Assembly: GCA_963662655.2 (NCBI GenBank)
Contig: CAXXTU010000002.1
Span: forward strand, 1,664,001-1,728,000
Origin: Candidatus Cloacimonadales bacterium
Lineage (GTDB): Bacteria > Cloacimonadota > Cloacimonadia > Cloacimonadales > JAIOQZ01
Direction: 5' to 3'
Length of the DNA stretch: 64,000 nucleotides
Shown here one piece after another: positions 19,151-28,567 of the stretch. The position numbers and the translations under genes are program-made. Under the pieces are notes generated by a model. The model was not told the origin of the DNA. It saw nothing but the letters and a program-made list of their open reading frames with translations, and searched no databases. Every line of letters begins with the position of its first letter. Position 1 is the first letter of the stretch.

Positions 19151-20092
19151 TTATTTCAAATTCACCACTAACGAATTACTCTTTTCATACCTCCTTTCTT
19201 CTACAGTATTAACGTTGTCTTTTTGCGATGTTTCAATATCTTCAAAGGCTTTTTCGGCCAGGTAGCTGCTGCGAACCAGCGGCGCGGAGCAGACCAGTCG
19301 GAAGCCCATGGCTTCGCCTTCTTCCTGATAAAATGCGAAATTTTCAGGCGTTACGTACTCTCTTACAGCGTAATGCCCGGGAGTGGGCTGCATGTACTGC
19401 CCGATGGTTACGATATCCACCTCATGCTCGCGCAGCTTCCCCATGAGTTCGACGACTTCCTCGCGCCTCTCTCCCAAACCGACCATGAAACCGCTCTTGG
19501 TCAGCATGGACGGCTGGATGGATTTGACGCGTTTCAGGAGGTCGAGGCTCCGCTGGAAGTCCGCCATGGGGCGCACCTGCGGGTATAGCCGCTGGATGGT
19601 TTCAACATTGTGGTTGAGGATGTCCGGCCCGGAAGCAACGACCTTTGCGAGCGCGTCCCGATCGCCTTGCAGATCGGAGATCAGCATTTCGATGGTCAAT
19701 CCCTCGATTTCGCGCAGGGCTCGCACAACTCTCGCGATGTGCTCCGCGCCGCCGTCGGGAAGGTCGTCCCGCGTTACCATGGTAACAACCACGTGTTTCA
19801 GCTTGAGAAGCCGCGCTGTCTCGGCCACCTTTTCCGGTTCCTGCGGATCGGGGGGCAGCAGATCGCTTCTCCCCTTCTCCACCGCGCAGAAGGTGCAGTT
19901 GCGCGTGCAGTGATCCCCCAGGATCATCAGCGTCGCGGTTCCGCGCTCGAAGCACTCGCCGCGATTGGGGCATTTCGCGCTTTCGCACACGGTATTCAGA
20001 TGCAGCCTGCGCAGCATCCGGGTAATCTCGCGCGTCTTGCGAGATCCCAGCGAATCGGCCTTCAGCCATTTTGGTTTTCGAAGTTTTTCCAT
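19151..20092 (-). CDS. lipA: Lipoyl synthase
   Basis: CESAKCPNRGEC, CTRNCTFC, VRSSY. Confidence 0.97.
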   Translation of the reverse strand: MEKLRKPKWLKADSLGSRKTREITRMLRRLHLNTVCESAKCPNRGECFERGTATLMILGDHCTRNCTFCAVEKGRSDLLPPDPQEPEKVAETARLLKLKHVVVTMVTRDDLPDGGAEHIARVVRALREIEGLTIEMLISDLQGDRDALAKVVASGPDILNHNVETIQRLYPQVRPMADFQRSLDLLKRVKSIQPSMLTKSGFMVGLGERREEVVELMGKLREHEVDIVTIGQYMQPTPGHYAVREYVTPENFAFYQEEGEAMGFRLVCSAPLVRSSYLAEKAFEDIETSQKDNVNTVEERRYEKSNSLVVNLK

Positions 20093-20115
20093 TTACATCA
20101 ACTCTGTCAAAAAAA

Positions 20116-21507
20116 CTAAGCCTTGTGCAGCGCCATTCCTTCAAGGTCTTCTACAGCCTCGGCGACGGCCTCCGAGAGTGTCGGATGCGCGTATACGATT
20201 TCCGAAGCCTGCTCGATGGTGAGTCCGGCCTGAATCAGGATTCCGCCCTCCGCGATCAGCTCCGTCGCGCCCGGCCCGATGATGTGCATCCCCACGATCT
20301 TGTGGCTCTCAGCGTCAGCGATCGTTTTCACGAAGCCGAACGACTGCCCCATGCTGAGCGCTTTTCCGTTCGCACTGAAGGGAAATTTGCCCACGAGGAT
20401 TTCGCCGAAGGTCTCCTTCGCCTGCTCCTCCGTGAGGCCGGCGGATCCCAATTCGGGATTGGTGAACGTACAGCGCGGGATGTCCATGTACCGGATCGGG
20501 GCACGCTCGATGTCGCTTCCTTCAATCCGGTCGCGCATATCGTCAACCGCCCGTAACCCTTGCTTGCTGGCCACGTGCGCAAGCTGCATCTTGCCGGTCA
20601 CGTCGCCGATTGCATAGAGGTTTGGCAGATTCGCCCGCATGTTCTCGTCGATAACGATCGCGTTCTTATCCATCTCCGGCTCGCAATCGATCATCTCGAT
20701 GCCCAGACGCGGTTTTCTCCCGACGCTCACGAGCACCTTGTCGGCGGAAATCTCCTTATTGCCGGTGAGTGTGAGGATCGCCTTTCCATCCTCGATGCGG
20801 CAAGCTTCCACCGCCTTCTTGAGATGAACCTTGATACCCTCTTTCTTGAACGCCATGGCAAGGCGTTTGGAGACCTCTTCGTCTTCCGTGCTCACGAGGC
20901 GCGGCAGAAATTCCACAATCTCAACCTCGACGCCGAACTGGTGCATCACCGACGCGAATTCGCAGCCGATCACACCACCGCCCACGACGATCAACCGCGC
21001 GGGGAGCTCTCGCATGGAGAGGATATCGTTCGAGGAACATACCACCTCGCCATCGAACTTCATGAAGGGAAGCTCGACCGGGACGGATCCTGTCGCGAGA
21101 ATGACGTATTCCGCCATGTATTCCTGGTCCGCGGCGATCACGTAGCCTTCCCCGGTCTTGCGGACGGAGGTCACTTCGTGATTCACCACCGGAATCTTTT
21201 TCTTTTTGTATATGAATTCGATACCGCCGACCAATTGATCGACGATCTGCTGCTTTCTCTCGAAGACTCTATCGAATCGAACCGTCGCGTTCTCAGCGTA
21301 CAGTCCGAAATCATCGGCATTTTGCATCTCATGCAGCAACTCGGCCGGCTTGACCATCGCCTTGGTGGGGATACAACCCCAGTTCAGGCAAACGCCGCCC
21401 AGACGTTCCTTCTCGAAAAGGACAACGTCGATCCCGTATCGCTCCAGCTTGAGCGCGGCCACATATCCACCCGGTCCACCACCTATAACAGCTACCGTAT
21501 GTTTCAT
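20116..21507 (-). CDS. lpdA: Dihydrolipoyl dehydrogenase
   Basis: GGGPGGY, GGVCLNWGCIPTK, HPTLSE. Confidence 0.96.
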   Translation of the reverse strand: MKHTVAVIGGGPGGYVAALKLERYGIDVVLFEKERLGGVCLNWGCIPTKAMVKPAELLHEMQNADDFGLYAENATVRFDRVFERKQQIVDQLVGGIEFIYKKKKIPVVNHEVTSVRKTGEGYVIAADQEYMAEYVILATGSVPVELPFMKFDGEVVCSSNDILSMRELPARLIVVGGGVIGCEFASVMHQFGVEVEIVEFLPRLVSTEDEEVSKRLAMAFKKEGIKVHLKKAVEACRIEDGKAILTLTGNKEISADKVLVSVGRKPRLGIEMIDCEPEMDKNAIVIDENMRANLPNLYAIGDVTGKMQLAHVASKQGLRAVDDMRDRIEGSDIERAPIRYMDIPRCTFTNPELGSAGLTEEQAKETFGEILVGKFPFSANGKALSMGQSFGFVKTIADAESHKIVGMHIIGPGATELIAEGGILIQAGLTIEQASEIVYAHPTLSEAVAEAVEDLEGMALHKA

Positions 21508-22988
21508 TATCCTTCCTTCCTCCTCAAACGACTATTCAGAATTCCCAATCCCTCGCGATACTTCGCGATCACGCGCCGCGAAACGCTGATGCCCTTTTCC
21601 TTGAGGATGTTGGCGATATCCTGATCGCTGATCGGTCTTCGCTTATCCTCTTCCTCGATCATCTCGCGGATGTTCCGCTCGACAAGCTGACGCGAAACGG
21701 CATCGTAGTTCTTGTCCTTGCCGGCTGTCGATGTGAAGAAGTCTTTCAGGCACATCACGCCGAAAGGCGTATCGGCATATTTGGATCGCACAACGCGGGA
21801 AATGGTTGATTCGTTCACCTGAAGCTCCGCCGCGATGGTGGAGTAGGTTAGCGGTTCGAGGATTCCGGTCTCGTTATAGAAAAATTGCCGCTGATGCTGA
21901 ATGATGGAGCGCATCACCCTCTCCAGGGTGCGGTTGCGCATGTACATCGATTTGATGAGAAACTTGGCCGAATTGATCTTGCTGCGCACGTAGTTGAGCG
22001 CGTCCCGATCCTTCCCCATGTTCTTGATGATGTCGCGATAGCGACGGCTGATGATGATATTGGGCATGAAGGAATCGTTCACGATCAATTCGTATTCGTT
22101 ATCGATCTTCTTGATGATGACGTCCGGAACCATGTAGTTCGTTTCGTTGGTAACGAGTCGCAGGCCGGGTTTGGGGTCCAGCAGCGCGATTTCGTCTTTG
22201 ATCTCCAGCACGGAATCTACGGAAATCCTGTATTTCGTGGCGATATTCTGATATCGCCGGTGGATCAGATCACAGAAATCCTCGCGGATAACACCCGCGA
22301 GAACTTCGTTTTCCAGCTGCTCGGGCGTCAACTGCGCGAGCAGGCACTCGGGGATATCCCGAGCCGTAATGCCGGATGGAATCAGGTGCAAAACAATCTG
22401 ATGGATTTCTTTGGCCCGATCGTGGTCTATACCATATTCAATCGCCAGATCGTCGATATCGAAATCGTCGGGTAAAAAGCCATGCGCGTTGCTGCTGTCG
22501 ATCAGCTCGGTTGCAAACTCGAACTCGTCTTCCGTAAGGTTGTGGCGGTCGAGTTGATCGTAAAACTCCTGCTTCTTGTCTTCCTGGAGTCGAAGCGTGT
22601 TCTCGTGGTCGATCTCCTCGGCGGATTCCCAGGTCGAGGATCGCTCGTCGGAGTGGTAATCGTTCCAGGTATCGAGGATTTCGCTGAGCTCTTTCGCTTC
22701 GTCGATGGTCTCTTTCAGGTCTTCCGTATTTCTCTCGGGTTCAATATCTATATCAATTTCGACTTCAGGTGATTCATGTTCATGTTCGTCTTTCTTGTCT
22801 GTTTCCGGTTCGCGCGAGTCGTCTTCCTCTTGCAGTTCCAGCATCGGATTCGTAATCAGCTCGTGTTTCATGTGCATTTCGAGCTCGAGAATCGGTAGTG
22901 ACAGCAAATGAAGTGATTGAAGCATCTTGGGCCTGAGTTCAAGCCTCTGCTCTTGCTTCTGCGATAGGATTTGTTGTATTCTTGCCAT
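21507..22988 (-). CDS. rpoN: RNA polymerase sigma-54 factor
   Basis: Q-rich region I, ESTISR, RpoN box SRRVIAKYRE. Confidence 0.97.
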   Translation of the reverse strand: MARIQQILSQKQEQRLELRPKMLQSLHLLSLPILELEMHMKHELITNPMLELQEEDDSREPETDKKDEHEHESPEVEIDIDIEPERNTEDLKETIDEAKELSEILDTWNDYHSDERSSTWESAEEIDHENTLRLQEDKKQEFYDQLDRHNLTEDEFEFATELIDSSNAHGFLPDDFDIDDLAIEYGIDHDRAKEIHQIVLHLIPSGITARDIPECLLAQLTPEQLENEVLAGVIREDFCDLIHRRYQNIATKYRISVDSVLEIKDEIALLDPKPGLRLVTNETNYMVPDVIIKKIDNEYELIVNDSFMPNIIISRRYRDIIKNMGKDRDALNYVRSKINSAKFLIKSMYMRNRTLERVMRSIIQHQRQFFYNETGILEPLTYSTIAAELQVNESTISRVVRSKYADTPFGVMCLKDFFTSTAGKDKNYDAVSRQLVERNIREMIEEEDKRRPISDQDIANILKEKGISVSRRVIAKYREGLGILNSRLRRKEG

Positions 22989-22995
22989 AATTACA

Positions 22996-23736
22996 TCATT
23001 CGAATATCGGGTTTAAAAAACGATCTCCAAGATAAACTTCTCTTGCTTTTTCGCTGTTGACCAGCTCTTTCGACGTTCCGGACAGTAAAATTTCGCCATT
23101 GAAGATAATATAAGCTCTCTGAGTGATTTTCAAAGTGTCAAGTACGTTGTGATCCGTGATTAATATGCCTATGCCCCGATCCTGCAACTTGATGATGATA
23201 TCCTGGATATCGGCAACGGCAAGCGGATCGACTCCGGCAAAGGGTTCATCCATAAGAATGAAGGACGGATTGGTTACCAGTGAGCGGGTTATTTCCAGCT
23301 TCCGGCGTTCGCCGCCGGATAGGGTGTAGGCCTTCTGCTTCGCGAGCTTCGTAAGGCCGAGTTCCGCCAGGTACTCCTCGCATTTGGAGCGGCGTTCCTT
23401 GCGGGGCATCTTCATCGTCTCGAGGATCGCCATGATGTTCTCTTCCACCGTAAGCTTGTGGAAGATCGACGGAGCCTGCGCAAGATAGCCGATCCCGAGC
23501 TGGGCCCGTTTGTACATAGGCTTGCGTGTGATGTCGATATCGTTAAAAAATATGGTTCCCGCATTGGCCTTCGCCAGGCCGAGGATGATGTAGAAAGTCG
23601 TGGACTTTCCCGCCCCGTTCGGCCCGAGGATACCGACGACCTCACCCTGTTCGATTTCCAGGGTGATCTCCTTCAGTACTCTGCGCTTCCCGTAGTATTT
23701 CTCCAGTTTATCGGCACGAATTCTATTTTTTTCCAT
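22996..23736 (-). CDS. lptB: LPS export ABC ATPase
   Basis: GPNGAGKST, LSGGERR, MDEPFAGVDP, ITDHNV. Confidence 0.95.
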   Translation of the reverse strand: MEKNRIRADKLEKYYGKRRVLKEITLEIEQGEVVGILGPNGAGKSTTFYIILGLAKANAGTIFFNDIDITRKPMYKRAQLGIGYLAQAPSIFHKLTVEENIMAILETMKMPRKERRSKCEEYLAELGLTKLAKQKAYTLSGGERRKLEITRSLVTNPSFILMDEPFAGVDPLAVADIQDIIIKLQDRGIGILITDHNVLDTLKITQRAYIIFNGEILLSGTSKELVNSEKAREVYLGDRFLNPIFE

Positions 23737-23826
23737 TTACATTCCGCTCAATTCTTCTTTCTAACGATTACGTTCTTTTACTTTGACTGTCAACCGATAT
23801 TTCGGAAAAGTACAAGATCGATCCTT

Positions 23827-24918
23827 TTAGATATCGCCATCGAACTTGTATGTCCCGAAAACTCCGTTCTTCATGACAATCGATTCTATTTTGTTCTCGT
23901 CGTCGATCGTGACCTTCATGATCTCCCCGACGGCCGAGTTCTCGAAAAAATCCTTTCCGTCTTCCTTCGTCTGCGAGACGTGGGAATGGATGTCGCCTTC
24001 CGCCTCGAAGCTTTCGATGCGGCTCTTGTCGTCGAACTTGAATCGCATGATATCGCTGGTGATGCGATTGCTCTTCTCCAGCCCCTCGCCCGAGCTGAAG
24101 AGGATTTTGCTCGAATCGATGAAAGAGGCCGATTTCAGTTCGTTCTCCTCGAAATACATATGGAACTCACGAGCGAAGCCGTCCGCTGATTCCGTGTGGA
24201 ATTCCGGTTCACCGGTGAATATCGCCTCTTCCTTCTCGGCATAGTATACAAGGAAATCGCTGTTGGCAACGTAATCCTTCGATTCCGTCACCACATCGAA
24301 CATCGCCACCAGCTTCTGCTGCTCCTGGTAGTATTCCATCTTCTGAGAGCTGATCCGCAGGGAATCCTTGCCCTCGCGATAGACAACCGGGTTCATGATC
24401 ATGTAACCGTAACCCGTATTGAGGTCGTACTCGATGCGCCCGGCTTCCGCGTGGAGGCTGTCACGAGTGTCCCATGCCTTCACGAACCCACTCGCATTCA
24501 CCTTGCCAATCTCGCGAAGCCAGTCGACGCGATCCGCGCGCACGACCTGACGGGTTTTATCCGAGCGATTTACCGTTAGTCGTACCCCGCCCTGCAATTC
24601 CAGCTTGTCGCTGGTACGATAGTACGTCACATAATCCGCCGTGAGCGTTAGGGTGTCCTCGACCACCGTGACGTCTTCCAGGAGGTACACGATCTTCTGT
24701 TCATCCAGGAAACGTGCGTTGGAAGAGTAGAATTCTGTGGTGCCGTAGAAGAAATGCACGTTGCCCTGAAGGTTCGTTACGTACTCTGTACCCTGCTTCA
24801 GCGCCAAGAGCGAATCGGCGTGTTCGAGTCTGTAGGGACGCGCCTCCGTAGTATCTTCGGCGACGAGCCATGAAATCGTCGAGAGTACCGCGACAAAAAG
24901 AACAAATGTCTTATTCAT
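23827..24918 (-). CDS. LptA/OstA-like beta-jellyroll protein
   Basis: Signal peptide, repeated beta strands (GNVHF, LTAD), located between lptC and lptB. Confidence 0.8.
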   Translation of the reverse strand: MNKTFVLFVAVLSTISWLVAEDTTEARPYRLEHADSLLALKQGTEYVTNLQGNVHFFYGTTEFYSSNARFLDEQKIVYLLEDVTVVEDTLTLTADYVTYYRTSDKLELQGGVRLTVNRSDKTRQVVRADRVDWLREIGKVNASGFVKAWDTRDSLHAEAGRIEYDLNTGYGYMIMNPVVYREGKDSLRISSQKMEYYQEQQKLVAMFDVVTESKDYVANSDFLVYYAEKEEAIFTGEPEFHTESADGFAREFHMYFEENELKSASFIDSSKILFSSGEGLEKSNRITSDIMRFKFDDKSRIESFEAEGDIHSHVSQTKEDGKDFFENSAVGEIMKVTIDDENKIESIVMKNGVFGTYKFDGDI

Positions 24919-25480
24919 CGTTCATGTCCTCTTTACCAATCCGTCCCGATCCCTGCACATCCGCCGAGCGGAGCTCTTTGAAGCTGGTATCCGTCCACAG
25001 GTTTCTGCCGTGGAAGATGTTCTCTCCCCGGATGATGGTTACCTGATCCTTCGCGTAAATCTCGTCGGTGTTGCGGTCCCACACCAGGTGCTCGGTTTTC
25101 AGGCTGTCGTTGGCGTCGTTCACGATCACCACGTTCTGCTCGGCGGTAAGCTGGTTCTTGATCTCGTCCATGATCGCCACATCACTGGTGAGAACCGACC
25201 GCAGCAGGCCGTTTTCATCGTATGATTCAACGCGAACGGTATCCGCGTGCAGTATTTTGCTTTTGTAGTAGCGCTGGATGTGCTTCGCGTTGAGGATATA
25301 CTCGAGGGTGTTGTTCTTCATGGAGACGATTCTCACCGAATCGCTCTGTTCGTCCGCGAGGCCGGCTTCCGGTTTGGTGTTATCCATCTCCTGCGCCTCA
25401 TGGCTGCAACCCGCAACGGCAATCAGCAGTACGCTACTGAGCCATAAAGCGATCAAGCAGCTTTTGAACAGCTTCTTCAT
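24911..25480 (-). CDS. lptC: LPS export periplasmic protein LptC
   Basis: LKTEHLVWD, N-terminal anchor, gene order kdsC-lptC-lptA-lptB. Confidence 0.85.
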   Translation of the reverse strand: MKKLFKSCLIALWLSSVLLIAVAGCSHEAQEMDNTKPEAGLADEQSDSVRIVSMKNNTLEYILNAKHIQRYYKSKILHADTVRVESYDENGLLRSVLTSDVAIMDEIKNQLTAEQNVVIVNDANDSLKTEHLVWDRNTDEIYAKDQVTIIRGENIFHGRNLWTDTSFKELRSADVQGSGRIGKEDMNDE

Positions 25481-25961
25481 AGCAACCCTGTTCTTTGAGT
25501 ATCCATTCGATTAGTTCGCGAACTGCGCCTTTGCCGCCTTCACGCTCCATCACCAGATCGACGCGGGACTTTATATCGGGGAAGGCGTCCGAGGGAGTGG
25601 AGGAGATACCGGCCTTCTCGAGCATGGGCATGTCGTTCCAGTCGTCGCCCATAATCGCGGTGTTTTCCCACGTGAGGCCCAGCTTCTCCAGCAGCTCTTC
25701 CGTAGCCTTGAATTTATGCCTGATACTCTGGTAAAGGTGCGTAATACGGAGGTCGCTGCACCTTTGGGCAAGGAGCTCGGAGCTTCTGCCGGTGATAATG
25801 GCAACTTCGATGCCCCACTCCATCGCCATTCGGATACCCAGGCCGTCTTTGGCGTTAAAATGTTTCGATTCAACGCGTTGTTCGTTGTATATAATCGCGC
25901 CGTCGGTCAGGACGCCGTCGCAATCCAGGATGATCAGTTTAATATCTTTTGCATCTACCAT
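25434..25961 (-). CDS. kdsC: KDO 8-phosphate phosphatase
   Basis: LDCDGVLTDG, F..KDG.GI, IITGR, MGDD.ND, GGKGAVRE. Confidence 0.93.
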   Translation of the reverse strand: MVDAKDIKLIILDCDGVLTDGAIIYNEQRVESKHFNAKDGLGIRMAMEWGIEVAIITGRSSELLAQRCSDLRITHLYQSIRHKFKATEELLEKLGLTWENTAIMGDDWNDMPMLEKAGISSTPSDAFPDIKSRVDLVMEREGGKGAVRELIEWILKEQGCYEEAVQKLLDRFMAQ

Positions 25962-26185
25962 TACATAATTCCTTTGGCACCGATAATGCATCGTTTAAAA
26001 TTAGCGTCAATCTTTTTCCTGCACAATATTCACCACATACCGCTACATCTGTGGCATTTGATTTAAACGCCGACAAATCCACCGCAAATTATAAATCTTT
26101 TTTTCTCTTTCAGGGAATGAAACTTGCTTCATGCTATCGATAGTTCATGATATTAAATATCTAGAAATAAGTCTCGGAGGTTGAC

Positions 26186-28261
26186 ATGAGAAAATTATCC
26201 TTTTTGCTTTTGTTCATTGGCATCGTTTATTTTGCCCGGGCTCAGGAATACTTGAGAACGGACTTCAGCGACGACTGTCCGCCCAATGGCTGGACGATCA
26301 GCGCCAACTCTGCTAACTGGTCTGCGCAAGGCACCTCAAACGCGGGTGGCGTAGCTCCTGAAGCGCGCTTCAACTGGAGCCCCGAATTCAGCGGCAGCAG
26401 CTACCTGATCTCGCCTGAGCTGGATCTTTCGGGTGTCACCTACCTGATGTTCGAGATGAAGCACATGGTCGATCACTACAGCGGCGCTTACACGCTTGGC
26501 GTTGCAACACGCTCGGGGGGCGGAACCTGGAACCCGGTATGGACGCTTTCGCCCAGCGCGAGCATCGAAGGTACAACCGTCATCGAGCCGATCAGCACGA
26601 CGGACGTCGGAGCATCCGACTTCCAGATCGCGATATATTTCAGCGGAAATTCCTACAACATCAACTACTGGTACATTGACGATTTCAGGGTATTCACCCC
26701 CTTCCAGTACGACCCGATAGTTCGTAGTGTTGTGACGGGCGACCAATACACAGCGGGGCAATCATACACTCCCACGGCCGTTGTCATGAACTTCGGTCTC
26801 GACAACGTCACCTTCGACGCTTTGTGTGAAATCCAGACTTCGGATGGAACTTCGATTTATGGCGACAACGTTGATGGTATCAATCTCGATTTCGGTGAAA
26901 CGGAGACCATAACCTTTGGTTCTTTTATAATTGAAGAAGCAAATGAACTATACAAGGTTACTGTAATCGTCGAGTACGAACAGGATATGGACGAGAGCAA
27001 CAACACCGGCATCGGCTATTTCGACACCAACACAGCTCCCCGCATTGTTCTTTGGGAGCAATTCACGAACACGAGTTGCGATCCCTGCGCCAATGCGAAT
27101 CCGACAATCGAGGAAGTTCTGAACGATTTCGGCGACACGCAGGTACTGCCGATCTGGTACCATGTATGGTGGCCGGGAAACAATGATCCGTTCTATCAGG
27201 CAAACACGGCTGACAATACGACACGTACTCAGTACTATGGCTGTTCCGCAGTTCCGGATTCTTACACCGATGGTGTCCTGGAGCCTTCCCCCGGCAACGA
27301 ATCGTCCATGACTTCTGCGATTAACGCGCGTCTGAACAAATATAGCGCTTTCGAACTGACTGCTTACCACAATGAGTACGGTCAGAACATGACAATGGAC
27401 GTGAACATCAATACGGTTGGCGGAGTTATCCCCGGGGACTTGCGGTTGTTCGTCGTTGCCACAGAAAGCAACCTCGAATATAACGCAGCCAACGGCGAAG
27501 ACCTTTTCCATTGGGTCATGCGCGACATGTATCCGGATGCTGAGGGAACCGTTCTCGATCTCGAAGGAGGCGACCGCGAAGTCGTATCCGTTGACATGAC
27601 AATCGACACGGATTGGGTCGAAGCCAACGTGGATTTCATCGTGTTTATCCAGAACTACGGAACCGGCGAGATTCTTCAGGCGACGCGAGGAACGATCGTT
27701 CCCATGCTCCCACCAATCAATCTCACCGGCCAGCAAGTCGATAGCGACGTACAACTGAGTTGGGAAACGCAGGCGAGCACACAGACCGGCTTCAAGGTTT
27801 ACAGAGACTATATGGAAATCGCCAACATCGAGGACGCAATGACCACAGGATACACCGATGAGGAAGTCTCTGGCGGAAGTCACCTGTACTACGTCACCGC
27901 AATCTATGAGACCGGTGAGTCCAATCCTTCGAACCAACTATTGATAAACGTTGTCAGCAACGATCAGGGAGCCGATATTCCTGCCGTGACGAAACTGATT
28001 GGCAACCATCCAAACCCATTCAATCCATCGACCCGGATATCGTTCTCGCTTCGCGAAGCGGGTATGGTTCAGCTCGAGATATTCAACCTTCTCGGTCAGA
28101 AAGTTAAAACACTCGTGAATGAGCCTTATCAGGCTGGAAACCACGATGTTACCTGGAATGGTCAGGACGATATGGGGCGCGACGTCGGTAGCGGACTGTA
28201 CCTATATAAGCTTAAAACCGGCAGATACACATCTACGAAGAAAATGCTTCTGCTGAAATAA
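26186..28261 (+). CDS. Secreted multidomain protein: beta-sandwich + Ig-like + Omp28-like (CxxC) + FN3 + FlgD-type C-terminal sorting domain
   Basis: Signal peptide; EQFTNTSCDPC, WYH.WWP...DPF; C-terminus NHPNPFNPST...WNG.D..G..V.SG.Y.YKL...KKMLLLK. Confidence 0.85.
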   Translation: MRKLSFLLLFIGIVYFARAQEYLRTDFSDDCPPNGWTISANSANWSAQGTSNAGGVAPEARFNWSPEFSGSSYLISPELDLSGVTYLMFEMKHMVDHYSGAYTLGVATRSGGGTWNPVWTLSPSASIEGTTVIEPISTTDVGASDFQIAIYFSGNSYNINYWYIDDFRVFTPFQYDPIVRSVVTGDQYTAGQSYTPTAVVMNFGLDNVTFDALCEIQTSDGTSIYGDNVDGINLDFGETETITFGSFIIEEANELYKVTVIVEYEQDMDESNNTGIGYFDTNTAPRIVLWEQFTNTSCDPCANANPTIEEVLNDFGDTQVLPIWYHVWWPGNNDPFYQANTADNTTRTQYYGCSAVPDSYTDGVLEPSPGNESSMTSAINARLNKYSAFELTAYHNEYGQNMTMDVNINTVGGVIPGDLRLFVVATESNLEYNAANGEDLFHWVMRDMYPDAEGTVLDLEGGDREVVSVDMTIDTDWVEANVDFIVFIQNYGTGEILQATRGTIVPMLPPINLTGQQVDSDVQLSWETQASTQTGFKVYRDYMEIANIEDAMTTGYTDEEVSGGSHLYYVTAIYETGESNPSNQLLINVVSNDQGADIPAVTKLIGNHPNPFNPSTRISFSLREAGMVQLEIFNLLGQKVKTLVNEPYQAGNHDVTWNGQDDMGRDVGSGLYLYKLKTGRYTSTKKMLLLK

Positions 28262-28279
28262 CTCTCTCATTGGCTTTTT

Positions 28280-28313
28280 AAAGGCTGAAAGCGTGTACCG
28301 CTTTCAGCCTTTT
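28280..28313 (+). terminator. Intrinsic terminator
   Basis: 14 bp stem AAAGGCTGAAAGCG/CGCTTTCAGCCTTT, T-rich downstream. Confidence 0.8.
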
Positions 28314-28349
28314 CATTTCCTCGAACCAACTGATTGCCCGAAGTTGCTC

Positions 28350-28550
28350 ACCAACCAGCGCGGCGGGGCGGCGCGTGCGCTTCGCGCACAAAAGCATGGG
28401 GAAGCTGTTAGCGAAAAACAGCTTACCCATGCTTTTACCGAAACCTTTATGAAATCCGGCGCACATTCACGTTCATCGGCTAATCCGTGTTGTTCCCGGG
28501 AATGTGGGTCGGATGAATGGTTTCGGGCGCCGCCCCACCGTGCGGTCGGT
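28350..28550. other. Four-way-junction structured element (unknown ncRNA or ssDNA-folding repeat/MITE)
   Basis: P1 28358-28374/28527-28543, P2 28375-28389, P3 28390-28436, P4 28438-28526; helices abut with 0-1 unpaired nt. Confidence 0.65.
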
Positions 28551-28567
28551 TCGCAAATCCAGAATTG

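Noticed and set aside
19168..19196. Mini-ORF MKRVIR with a perfect AAGGAGGT inside the lipA 3' end, upstream of hpf
   Set aside because: The SD directly abuts the ATG (0 nt spacer), too close for normal initiation; cannot be supported as a leader peptide
28350..28550. Identification as tmRNA, tRNA, SRP, RNase P, 6S, retron msr-msd or attC
   Set aside because: The diagnostic sequence motifs are absent and no reverse transcriptase or integrase is in the window; kept only as an unknown structure
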